Shown here: in pieces, positions 15,804-23,175 of the stretch
Layout of the letters: the number at the start of each line of letters is the position of its first letter
Numbering within the stretch: the stretch's first letter is position 1
Position numbers and translations under genes: made by a program
UHGV virus genome: UHGV-0202899
Strand: one strand, 5' to 3'
DNA from: a virus
Length of the DNA stretch: 39,170 nt
The notes under the pieces: generated by a model
Told to the model about the DNA's origin: nothing
The model's input: the letters and a program-made list of their open reading frames with translations, nothing else
Database searches by the model: none

Positions 15804-15959
15804 CTATTCTGCGTAATACTCGCAGTTCCCAGTACACACATCACATCCGATAGGACATTCTTCTAATTCCAGTGGACTCTTCTTCTCTTCATCAGCCTCA
15901 CAACGTGCTGTGTCTGGAAGGCAATATACATCCACTCCATCTTCTATCACTTCTAACAT
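15804..15959 (-). CDS. Cys-rich mini-protein (51 aa) sharing a C-x2-3-GC-x2-CTGN motif with the C-terminus of the upstream ASCH protein
   Basis: It is below the track threshold. A GAGGAGG ribosome binding site lies 8 nt upstream. Its sequence is MLEVIEDGVDVYCLPDTARCEADEEKKSPLELEECPIGCDVCTGNCEYYAE. Its start is 1 nt after the ASCH stop. Confidence 0.4.
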   Translation of the reverse strand: MLEVIEDGVDVYCLPDTARCEADEEKKSPLELEECPIGCDVCTGNCEYYAE

Positions 15960-16720
15960 CCCTCTGCCTCCTCATCATTTCCGGTACATTGCGAGCATCC
16001 CTTGCACATTTCGCATGGTTCATCCGCCCAAGCGTCCCCATATCCAATACATGGCCTTTTTTCTTCTGCCGGTTCTACTCCGCGCAGAATGCATGGCTCC
16101 GGCTTCTCGCACCGTTCAAACTCTATCACCCATACCCATGGGTTGGCATCCCATCCATATTTGGCAAGGTCAAATTTTTTGGTGGTTGAATCCCATAAAT
16201 CAGAAAACATATCTTCCGCCTGGTCTTCTGCTCCACAAAATCCATCTTCTGATGTTTGCGGCTTACATCTTTCATTCAATTCCAAACATGGCTCACACCC
16301 AAAGGCTCTAACTCCTTCTTTTATCATATCTGGTACTGAAATATCCTGTAATCGCTCCACCCTCACATCCGTCACCTTCAGCCAGATACGGGCGGCCTTC
16401 TTCGGCATATGGATAGACGGCCTCCATTTTGGTTCCTGGCTGTACCCGGCAGTTTTGGCATTTCCTCCATCTGCCCTATATATGTAATGGTCACACCAAT
16501 CCCCGTTCCAGGTTTCCCGGACATACAGGATATCTCCCAGTCTATAATAGGGTTCTTTTACTCTTAGCCCAGTATTTCTGTCAAACAGTCCTGGTCCAAG
16601 CCCACACATACCCGCATACATTGATTCATCTGCACCCTTGATTACTCTTCGCGTAACCGTCTTGCGCCCTTCCAGTATCGCCCGGACCATCTCGCCATTA
16701 AACAATATCGGTCTTACCAT
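15953..16720 (-). CDS. ASCH-domain (PUA-like) protein with a Cys-rich C-terminal extension (255 aa)
   Basis: The N-terminus MVRPILFNGEMVRAILEGRKTVTRR ... YVRETW matches the ASCH signature. The C-terminal 70 aa contain CEKPEPC...CIGYG...CEMCKGCSQCTGN. Confidence 0.6.
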   Translation of the reverse strand: MVRPILFNGEMVRAILEGRKTVTRRVIKGADESMYAGMCGLGPGLFDRNTGLRVKEPYYRLGDILYVRETWNGDWCDHYIYRADGGNAKTAGYSQEPKWRPSIHMPKKAARIWLKVTDVRVERLQDISVPDMIKEGVRAFGCEPCLELNERCKPQTSEDGFCGAEDQAEDMFSDLWDSTTKKFDLAKYGWDANPWVWVIEFERCEKPEPCILRGVEPAEEKRPCIGYGDAWADEPCEMCKGCSQCTGNDEEAEGC

Positions 16721-16750
16721 GACCTACTCCTTCCTCCGCTAAATACGTGT

Positions 16751-16981
16751 TTAGTCCATATCATCTCTTATCTCTCTTAAGGTATACAGCGCGCTGTCCA
16801 GATCATAGATTGCTCCCTTGAAATCTGATATTACTGATTCTAAGCTATCCTTCGTTATTTTCCGCTCTCCAAACAGTTTATCCGCTTCAGCTGCAAACTC
16901 CGGTCCTATCTTATCCGACATGATTCTCTTGCAGTCTTCCCATGTCTGGATGTTCTCCCATTGTCCGTCAACCTGTATCAT
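16751..16981 (-). CDS. hypothetical acidic protein (76 aa)
   Basis: Called from ORF context and coding composition. Confidence 0.4.
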   Translation of the reverse strand: MIQVDGQWENIQTWEDCKRIMSDKIGPEFAAEADKLFGERKITKDSLESVISDFKGAIYDLDSALYTLREIRDDMD

Positions 16982-17011
16982 CCATCCGCCTCCTCTGCAA
17001 AAATGTGTGCC

Positions 17012-17215
17012 TTACTTGATAAAGTCAAATATACTCATCTGTTGCTCTTGACCTCCCTTGCGGTCCACATCACAGCTGATTGTGTCCAGCAGGTTGTCCC
17101 CATTAATCCAGGTACTCATGTATCCGTCCATGGATGCCGTACAGCCATATCTATAGCACTCTCCTACCTGACTTTTCCGGCTCCTGTCCAGGTGTGCGCA
17201 CTTTAAACAACTCAT
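17012..17215 (-). CDS. Cys-containing mini-protein (67 aa; CLKC...C...C)
   Basis: The ORF overlaps the ParB stop by 4 nt. Confidence 0.4.
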   Translation of the reverse strand: MSCLKCAHLDRSRKSQVGECYRYGCTASMDGYMSTWINGDNLLDTISCDVDRKGGQEQQMSIFDFIK

Positions 17216-18216
17216 TCCCGTTCCTCCGCTAAATGGGCATTTGCAGACATCAGAATGTCCTGTAGCACAAGTATGTCATCCTCGGTGATACGACTTACAA
17301 CCAGTAACAATTCTCTTAGCATATAGGTGGCCTTATCCTTTGTGGACCATTCCTGAGATTCTTCCTCCGGCTGATTCATTACATTTTCCCCAAAAACGCT
17401 CATATCTGCACTTTCTGCCGCACGCTCCGCTTTTAGGCTGGCCTGCGCCGCTACCGTCTGGGCCTCTTCTGCTTTCTTTGCCGCTTTCTCTGCCCGCTCT
17501 GCTGCTTTTTCAGCGGCTTTAATTTCCTTCCGTTCCTTAACCCGTTCGGCAATTTCCTTATGTGCAACTTTTTCATTGACTGAGGCCGCCGCTATTTCCT
17601 TCTGCTCTTCCACTGGGAGTTTGGATATTTCATAGGCGGCCGATTTTCCTATATTACCTTCCCGGAACTGTTCCTTTGCCTCCGGCACCAGGCTTGCATT
17701 GATTTTATCCATCCTGGCAACCTGCGTTTTGCTGGTTTGCAGGATATCTGCAATCACATCCCGCAACTTCCCCTTGATTTCCAATCCATCCTCGTCCCTA
17801 GCCCGTATGAGGGCCGATTTTAGCCGTGCCGCCTGCTCAGTCTCTTCGTATGGGGATAATTTGCGGTTAAAGGCATTTCCCACAATCAGGTACAGTTCAA
17901 ACATAGCCGGGGACATATCCTTGTACAGATACCTGACCTTATAGTCCCTTGGCATGGACCCACACTCGATGTTATGTATGTTTGCCAGGTTTCTCCTATG
18001 TCCGCTGATAATCCTGTACTCTCCGTCTATGCGGCCTAAGACTGTAGGCTGTTGCTGTCCCACGGCAACTATGGAATCTGCCAGTTCTTCTATGTTTTCC
18101 TGACTATAGAAATTACTTTCCGATGGGACTACATCATATGGGCTTAGATATATCTCCTCATAATCTGTTTGATCTGATTCTGTGTTTAACAGTTCCATAA
18201 ATGACCATCTTGCCAT
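17212..18216 (-). CDS. parB: ParB/Spo0J-family protein (334 aa) with a Lys/Glu/Ala-rich coiled-coil centre
   Basis: The N-terminal ParB box reads GQQQPTVLGRIDGEYRIISGHRR. It lies downstream of a ParA ATPase gene. Confidence 0.7.
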   Translation of the reverse strand: MARWSFMELLNTESDQTDYEEIYLSPYDVVPSESNFYSQENIEELADSIVAVGQQQPTVLGRIDGEYRIISGHRRNLANIHNIECGSMPRDYKVRYLYKDMSPAMFELYLIVGNAFNRKLSPYEETEQAARLKSALIRARDEDGLEIKGKLRDVIADILQTSKTQVARMDKINASLVPEAKEQFREGNIGKSAAYEISKLPVEEQKEIAAASVNEKVAHKEIAERVKERKEIKAAEKAAERAEKAAKKAEEAQTVAAQASLKAERAAESADMSVFGENVMNQPEEESQEWSTKDKATYMLRELLLVVSRITEDDILVLQDILMSANAHLAEERE

Positions 18217-18225
18217 TTCTGCCTC

Positions 18226-18537
18226 CTATAGATAGCTTTCACCGTATCTCGCCCGGAAAGCTTCCCTTGCTTCATCTTCTTTCATTCCTTTTGCAATGGC
18301 CTTCTTTTCCCAGGCCAGCTGCCCCATCATCTTGGACATGGCTTCTGCCATTGGGTTACCATGGATACGGTTCAGGATGTCCCCCATGTTATGGCAATCA
18401 TTGCAGCAAGGTATCTTGATTCCATCCTTTTCTGCCAGTGTCCTGTTTCCTTTTCCGTATATCAGGTGATGATTGGCTTCCGTTGGCTTTCCGCAGAACA
18501 GACAATAATCGTTGTATTCCGTGACTATTCCTTTCAT
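18226..18537 (-). CDS. small HNH-type nuclease-like zinc-binding protein (103 aa)
   Basis: Its cysteine/histidine pattern CLFCGKP...NHHLIYGKGN...IPCCNDCHN follows the C-x2-C...HH...N...C-x2-CH pattern. It is inserted between the parA and parB genes. Confidence 0.45.
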   Translation of the reverse strand: MKGIVTEYNDYCLFCGKPTEANHHLIYGKGNRTLAEKDGIKIPCCNDCHNMGDILNRIHGNPMAEAMSKMMGQLAWEKKAIAKGMKEDEAREAFRARYGESYL

Positions 18538-19304
18538 TTTTCTTTCTCCCCCAAATATTCTTTAACAAATTTCCTGTAGCTTACCTCTGCCGCGCTTCTT
18601 GGGCTGTATTCCTCCAGATTCAACCCAAATAGGGTACTTTCAGCCACCTTACTGCTATATCTTATCCTGGCATCAAACATCCCATATCCCCGTTCTTCAA
18701 GCCACTCCACGCCTGCTGTGTTGACTTCATCATTTTTATACATGGTCACGAGTACTTTTGGGGCGGATATCCTACGGTTATATCTCTTGATATCCTGAAT
18801 CTGTTCCTGGATGGTTTCCATCCCCTCCAATGCCCACTTGTCTATCCTGGTCGGTACTATCACATCATCGGTGACCATTAGGGCATTGATGACATTAAGC
18901 CCCAGGTCAGGAGGATTGTCTATAATCACATAATCATATGGTTCCCCGTCCTCGGCTTTTGCGCTTTTGAGGCAGTCAAACCTACGTGCTACATGGCTTC
19001 CCTGGCCTGATACCAGGCGGTATGTAGCTGTCAGCAGTGACATGTTGGCGTTAACCGTCCCCAGTCCTGGGGTATCCGTATATATATTCATGTTTCCGAT
19101 GGCTTCTCCAGCTAGGAGGCGCGCTGTCTGGCATCTACCTCCACTTTCATATACCCTCATTGCACGGCTCAGATTGCCCTGCTTATCATTGTCCACTAAC
19201 AGCACACGGTATCCGTGCCTATGATGCAGGATATGCCCCATCTGTAGGGCTGTCATGGTCTTTCCTACACCGCCCTTTAAATTTATGATGCTGATAATTT
19301 TCAT
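18534..19304 (-). CDS. parA: ParA/Soj-family partition ATPase (256 aa)
   Basis: It has a deviant Walker A motif, IINLKGGVGKT. Confidence 0.85.
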   Translation of the reverse strand: MKIISIINLKGGVGKTMTALQMGHILHHRHGYRVLLVDNDKQGNLSRAMRVYESGGRCQTARLLAGEAIGNMNIYTDTPGLGTVNANMSLLTATYRLVSGQGSHVARRFDCLKSAKAEDGEPYDYVIIDNPPDLGLNVINALMVTDDVIVPTRIDKWALEGMETIQEQIQDIKRYNRRISAPKVLVTMYKNDEVNTAGVEWLEERGYGMFDARIRYSSKVAESTLFGLNLEEYSPRSAAEVSYRKFVKEYLGEKEK

Positions 19305-19313
19305 GGTTCCTCC

Positions 19314-19625
19314 TTAAAATTCATGCGGATCCTCTGGCATGGGCATTTTTCTTGCAATCGCCATTATCTCCCCATCTTCTTCATAGGCTCCGCACAATCT
19401 GACTGTGCTGAATGTTCTGGTAATTCTTTCATATTCTATTAGTTCCTGCTCACTGGTGATGATTCCAGCTTCATGTAATAATTCCGCCATTCCGTACAGT
19501 TTCCACTCGGAATGCTTACACCGCTTGATACACTCATCCAGATTTTCATATGGTTTCTCTGGGTCATACGCCCTTTTGCATAGCCTCAAATATGTATCAA
19601 ATAATTTACGATAATTTTCCAACAT
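19314..19625 (-). CDS. hypothetical protein (103 aa)
   Basis: It has a GGAGAAG ribosome binding site and lies in the operon upstream of parA. Confidence 0.45.
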   Translation of the reverse strand: MLENYRKLFDTYLRLCKRAYDPEKPYENLDECIKRCKHSEWKLYGMAELLHEAGIITSEQELIEYERITRTFSTVRLCGAYEEDGEIMAIARKMPMPEDPHEF

Positions 19626-20169
19626 CTTTCTTCTCCGTTTCCATATACCGCTTGTACACTCCGCTCACAAGGTTCTGGCTGCATCCTAATTGTTCTGCAA
19701 CCTCCTTTACCTTTTTCCCTGCTTTTCGAAGGCGTATGATTTCTGCATTACGCTTATCCCGCTTTTTTACTGTATCCTCATTCGCCCTCTGTATATTCCG
19801 TACCGCACACTTACTGTATCCTGTCTGCTGTGATATCTCCTCCACAGTCATACCACGTCTTTCCATATCAGATACCATCTTACATCTGGCCTCTCTGGCT
19901 TTCCTATCGGATTCTGCCATATGTCTTCTTACATTGCATATGTAAGCTACTTTTATGGCTACATTCCGCTTTAGCTTACCTGACACCAAATCAATGGTGT
20001 ATTTATGTACCTTGTCGACCTCCATCACCCGTTTAATGATGGCCCGGCCCTTTATCCCGTCATCCCTGGGTGCCTCTTCCAGGTATATAAGCTTGTCCCC
20101 TCTCTTGAGGGATTTCCTAAATGCTTCTACTTCCTTCATTTGCACCGGATTCTTTGTTATACTTTCCAT
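19606..20169 (-). CDS. DNA-binding regulator with two C-terminal HTH motifs (about 187 aa)
   Basis: The start was reassigned to the ATG with a GGAGG ribosome binding site, because the track start is TTG. The HTH-like segments are GMTVEEISQQTGYSKCAVRNI and KKVKEVAEQLGCSQNLVSGVYKRY. Confidence 0.5.
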   Translation of the reverse strand: MESITKNPVQMKEVEAFRKSLKRGDKLIYLEEAPRDDGIKGRAIIKRVMEVDKVHKYTIDLVSGKLKRNVAIKVAYICNVRRHMAESDRKAREARCKMVSDMERRGMTVEEISQQTGYSKCAVRNIQRANEDTVKKRDKRNAEIIRLRKAGKKVKEVAEQLGCSQNLVSGVYKRYMETEKKDVGKLS

Positions 20170-20256
20170 TTCAGCCTCCAAATCTTCTTGATTTTTACAG
20201 CTGCATCCTCTATACTAAAGATGCACAGGTACATTGGGGGTACCCTCCCCAGTGCT

Positions 20257-20292
20257 CCGGCTGGATAGCCTTATCTATTCAGCCGGTTTTTT
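20257..20292 (+). terminator. plus-strand intrinsic-terminator-like hairpin (CCGGCTG, 16-nt loop, CAGCCGG, followed by TTTTTT) overlapping the 3' end of a minus-strand gene
   Basis: Seen in the sequence. Its orientation is opposite to the local operon. Confidence 0.3.
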
Positions 20293-20445
20293 ATTGTGAT
20301 ACTCAGATACTGGCCGGATTAATGCTGGCTTATATCCGGCCCCCTCAATCCTCGTGTATGTCCGTCCTTTGAGTCTCTGGCAATCGCACTTTTCTCCCGG
20401 ATCCAATCTTCCTTTGCAAAATTCGCAAATGTATCTGTCCTTCAT
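20275..20445 (-). CDS. Cys-rich mini-protein (56 aa; CEFC...CDC)
   Basis: The track ORF 20275..20574 was trimmed to the internal ATG, preceded by GGAAGGGGA. The RBS-start block GGAAT(T/A)GGAATGAAGGAC is duplicated 146 bp upstream. Confidence 0.35.
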   Translation of the reverse strand: MKDRYICEFCKGRLDPGEKCDCQRLKGRTYTRIEGAGYKPALIRPVSEYHNKKPAE

Positions 20446-20447
20446 TC

Positions 20448-20591
20448 CTATCCCCTTCCTGCCATCAGATATATGATAACCAGTGTGGCAATCACCAGAA
20501 GGAACAGATACACATTGCTCCAGCATTTCCAGTACTCTGCTTCCTTGTCTGCTTCCTTGTACATTGTCCTCCAAAATTGTGGGTCCTTCAT
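20448..20591 (-). CDS. mini membrane protein (47 aa)
   Basis: The start is at the duplicated AAAGGAATTGGAATGAAGGAC block. The C-terminal hydrophobic helix is VYLFLLVIATLVIIYLMAG. Confidence 0.3.
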   Translation of the reverse strand: MKDPQFWRTMYKEADKEAEYWKCWSNVYLFLLVIATLVIIYLMAGRG

Positions 20592-20643
20592 TCCAATTCC
20601 TTTCTTTCTATGCTTGTCCATCTGCCGCCTTTTCAGGCGGCCT

Positions 20644-20862
20644 TCATTCACTTGCTGCATTTTTCCTCAAATTCCTTTCGTATTGAGCGCGCAGTCTGGG
20701 CAACATCTCATCCGCTGTCCTCCGCAGTATCTTGTCAACATCTTCTTTGGTCATGTCTCTGCAACAGTCATCACAGAAATATACCTTTCCGCCATTCAGT
20801 TCCAGCTCCATAACTACGTTCCCTTTCTCTACTCTCTTTATTGGTGCTGGCATTCGTTCCAC
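20644..20862 (-). CDS. hypothetical protein (72 aa; CDDCC)
   Basis: A GGGGAGGTGG ribosome binding site is present. Confidence 0.45.
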   Translation of the reverse strand: MERMPAPIKRVEKGNVVMELELNGGKVYFCDDCCRDMTKEDVDKILRRTADEMLPRLRAQYERNLRKNAASE

Positions 20863-20919
20863 CTCCCCTATCCTCTTATGGCATTCTATTCGTTACCGAT
20901 TGTCCGACATGCTCATGAA

Positions 20920-21081
20920 TCATGCTGGCTTTTTCCCTTCCTTTTCTTCCCGATCCAGGCGGTCTCTGGCTTCCAGTGCATCTGTTGCAACCTTTAAGAT
21001 AATAAGCGTGCTCATGTCCATTTGCTTCATCTTTTTTACTATCCCTACTATCACGTTTTCTTTTTTTGATTCTGATGACAT
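20920..21081 (-). CDS. first gene of the leftward early operon (53 aa), in the Cro/early-regulator position
   Basis: It is below the track threshold. A perfect GGAGGTG ribosome binding site is present. It is divergent from the XRE repressor and driven by a consensus promoter. Confidence 0.45.
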   Translation of the reverse strand: MSSESKKENVIVGIVKKMKQMDMSTLIILKVATDALEARDRLDREEKEGKKPA

Positions 21082-21107
21082 ATTTTTCACCTCCTTTGTT
21101 CTTTTTC

Positions 21108-21175
21108 GTTATCTCTGATTACATTATAGTGTTCTTCGATTACTTTGTCAAGCTTTCATTGTAATCTCTGATAAC
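21108..21175. promoter_or_regulatory. two 15-bp quasi-palindromic operator-like sites, GTTATCtctGATTAC (21108..21122) and GTAATCtctGATAAC (21161..21175)
   Basis: The arms are mutually reverse-complementary. The sites overlap or flank the divergent promoters. Confidence 0.55.
21123..21151 (-). promoter_or_regulatory. leftward consensus promoter TTGACA-N17-TATAAT
   Basis: The -35 lies at 21146..21151 and the -10 at 21123..21128 on the minus strand. The gene start is at 21081. Confidence 0.6.
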
Positions 21176-21182
21176 TTTTTCG

Positions 21183-21211
21183 TTGACTCCATAGCGCATA
21201 CGTGTTATTAT
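21183..21211 (+). promoter_or_regulatory. rightward promoter TTGACT-N17-TATTAT driving the XRE repressor
   Basis: Seen in the sequence. The GGAGGTG ribosome binding site and the ATG at 21232 follow. Confidence 0.6.
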
Positions 21212-21231
21212 CATGTTAGGAGGTGAATTTA

Positions 21232-21723
21232 ATGATTGAAAATGAGCGTATAAAAGAAATTAGAAAATCGCTTAAAATGACTATGGAAAGATTTGGCGAA
21301 AGACTTGGTGTTACAAAAACCGCTATATCTAATATTGAAAAGTCGAATCGTAATGTAACAGAACAGATGCGCAAGGCAATTTGCCGAGAATTTAACGTAA
21401 GCGAGGAATGGCTACGGACCGGAAACGGGGAAATGTTCGTCCAGTTATCGCAAGAGGATGAAACCGCTCATATTGTCCAAGACATGCTGGGTAGCAATAC
21501 AGGCAGCTTTTATAACATCATCTTAGAAATTGCTAAGAGTTATAAAAAATTAAGTCCAACTTCTCAAAAGGCATTGGACGAATTAGCTGACAATCTATTG
21601 TCCAGTTTAGCTGACGAAGAGCGATTTATGACTATCGAAGATTATAAGAACGAGTGCCCAAAGACGTTGGAAGAATTGGAGAGGTTATATCCTCCAGTAG
21701 AAAAGAAACCAAAAGTGATTTGA
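21232..21723 (+). CDS. XRE-family HTH transcriptional repressor (164 aa)
   Basis: The N-terminal HTH_3 segment reads IKEIRKSLKMTMERFGERLGVTKTAISNIEKSNRNV. The ATG start follows a GGAGGTG ribosome binding site, because the track start is GTG 9 nt upstream. Confidence 0.85.
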   Translation: MIENERIKEIRKSLKMTMERFGERLGVTKTAISNIEKSNRNVTEQMRKAICREFNVSEEWLRTGNGEMFVQLSQEDETAHIVQDMLGSNTGSFYNIILEIAKSYKKLSPTSQKALDELADNLLSSLADEERFMTIEDYKNECPKTLEELERLYPPVEKKPKVI

Positions 21724-21989
21724 TTCAAGGCACCCAAAATTCCACTGTGGGATATTAGTTTCGGAATCTTAGAACATTAATATTACTTGTGTCGTTCCTG
21801 AGAAGTTTAAATTATAGCAAACAGTGTGTGCGCTTTGATAATATATGGCATATACGCCTTGTCTTTTATAATATATGTACTTCTTTTGCATCGACCTCAA
21901 CCTTTCTTTGTGGAAGATTGGGTGCAAATATGATTATATTACTATAATTAATTGGAAGAACTGGGAAAATATTCCAAAGGAGGATTATA

Positions 21990-22436
21990 ATGTTCGCATT
22001 TGCTGTATTAGACTTGGTGCTTTGCGTTGCTTTTATTTTAGTTATTGGTAACCTGTATAGTAAAGAATACGGAGAACCTTTAACTGGTCATTTGAATTTA
22101 AGTTTATTAGCTAACTATTCAATTTTTAATCCCATTTTTAAAGTTAATGATAAATTTTTAGATTTCAAAACAAATATTGTTATATTTGGAGTATTTTCCT
22201 TTCTTCTAAAAGGTATTTACTTACTAATTAAAATCAAAATTTTGTATTATGCTTTTTTATTTATTTTATTATTTATGATTTTCTCATACGGTAATTTATA
22301 TAAGCAAAGACAACTAACGATTAAAAGAGACAAATTGGACGGACATGAATGTAATTGTGCTTATCCTGTTTTGAAAGCCACAAAATATGTTCTTATATTT
22401 AAAGTTATCATTTATATACTTTTTGCGTTTTCATAA
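21990..22436 (+). CDS. polytopic membrane protein (148 aa) in an AT-rich cargo island
   Basis: A perfect AAAGGAGG ribosome binding site is present. The protein has 3-4 hydrophobic helices. Local GC is about 27-30 percent, against about 48 percent elsewhere. Confidence 0.6.
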   Translation: MFAFAVLDLVLCVAFILVIGNLYSKEYGEPLTGHLNLSLLANYSIFNPIFKVNDKFLDFKTNIVIFGVFSFLLKGIYLLIKIKILYYAFLFILLFMIFSYGNLYKQRQLTIKRDKLDGHECNCAYPVLKATKYVLIFKVIIYILFAFS

Positions 22437-23016
22437 AGAAGGTAATCATGAAAAAAAGAAAGCTGCTTATTATTATACTAATATTGATTGCCTTTCTAGG
22501 AATCATATTGGCGTTTTTATTTCAATAAAAAAACATTATCAAAATCAATTGGCCTATGAACTTTCAATTTGCGCTTCAATCGAATATTCGAGGGGATTTG
22601 AGCAAATAAGTAAGGATTTATATAACCAGTTATACGATTCTGCTTATGATTCCGGTCATGAAATGGGATATTATGAAGGACTTAAAGCAGGCAAAATGCA
22701 AGATACTAATTATAGCATTGGATATTTTGAGGGCTTCGATATCGGATATGATAGGGGAAACGAAAACGGCTACGAAAATGGCTACGAAGACTGGGATAAT
22801 GAAAATTTTAAAACTGCATACGAAAAAGGATATGCGCAAGGACGTATTTATGGAGAATCTTATTCAAGCATTAAAATATCTCAAATATTAGATTCGCTTG
22901 GTGATTTTTTTGAAAATGGATTCGCTTTCATTGCTATACTTCTAATATGTATTATTATGCTGTATCTTATTACTTCATGTTTGATTGATTACTTAAAAAA
23001 TAAATTCAAAAAATAA
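22387..23016 (+). CDS. repeat protein with GY(Y/F)EG / GYxxG repeats and a C-terminal TM anchor. Its start is uncertain.
   Basis: The track start at 22387 lacks a ribosome binding site and overlaps the previous gene. The protein shows YDSGHEMGYYEGLKAG..GYFEGFDIGYDRGNENGYENGYEDW..YEKGYAQGRIYG and then FAFIAILLICIIMLYLITSCLI. Confidence 0.4.
   Translation: MFLYLKLSFIYFLRFHKEGNHEKKKAAYYYTNIDCLSRNHIGVFISIKKHYQNQLAYELSICASIEYSRGFEQISKDLYNQLYDSAYDSGHEMGYYEGLKAGKMQDTNYSIGYFEGFDIGYDRGNENGYENGYEDWDNENFKTAYEKGYAQGRIYGESYSSIKISQILDSLGDFFENGFAFIAILLICIIMLYLITSCLIDYLKNKFKK
22447..22527 (+). CDS. possible 26-aa hydrophobic leader peptide (MKKRKLLIIILILIAFLGIILAFLFQ), or the N-terminus of the next gene if a 1-nt indel is present
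   Basis: An AAGAAGG ribosome binding site is present. It ends at a T/A homopolymer region. The -1 frame continues into the 22387..23016 ORF. Confidence 0.25.
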
Positions 23017-23175
23017 AAACCGTCCCTGCGCTAACAGAAACGGTCTATATAGATACTATTGCAGGATAGCGCCCTGAAATAATATCAGGTCTCCCAAACC
23101 TATGCATATTATATCATTCAACGCCCTATACTGCAATGGGCGTTATTTTATTGTAAATGAACGGAGGATTTTTAT

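Noticed and set aside
20473-20997. 174-aa plus-strand ORF, with the 20483 and 20577 ORFs, opposite the small minus-strand genes
   Set aside because: It is antisense to four ribosome-binding-site-supported mini-genes, has no ribosome binding site and has a Cys/Leu/Ser-rich shadow composition.
23022-23060. Short hairpin (ACCGT...ACGGT) flanked by A/T runs after the repeat-protein gene
   Set aside because: The stem is only 5-6 bp and it is not supported as a terminator. It is possibly a weak bidirectional stop for the AT-rich island.
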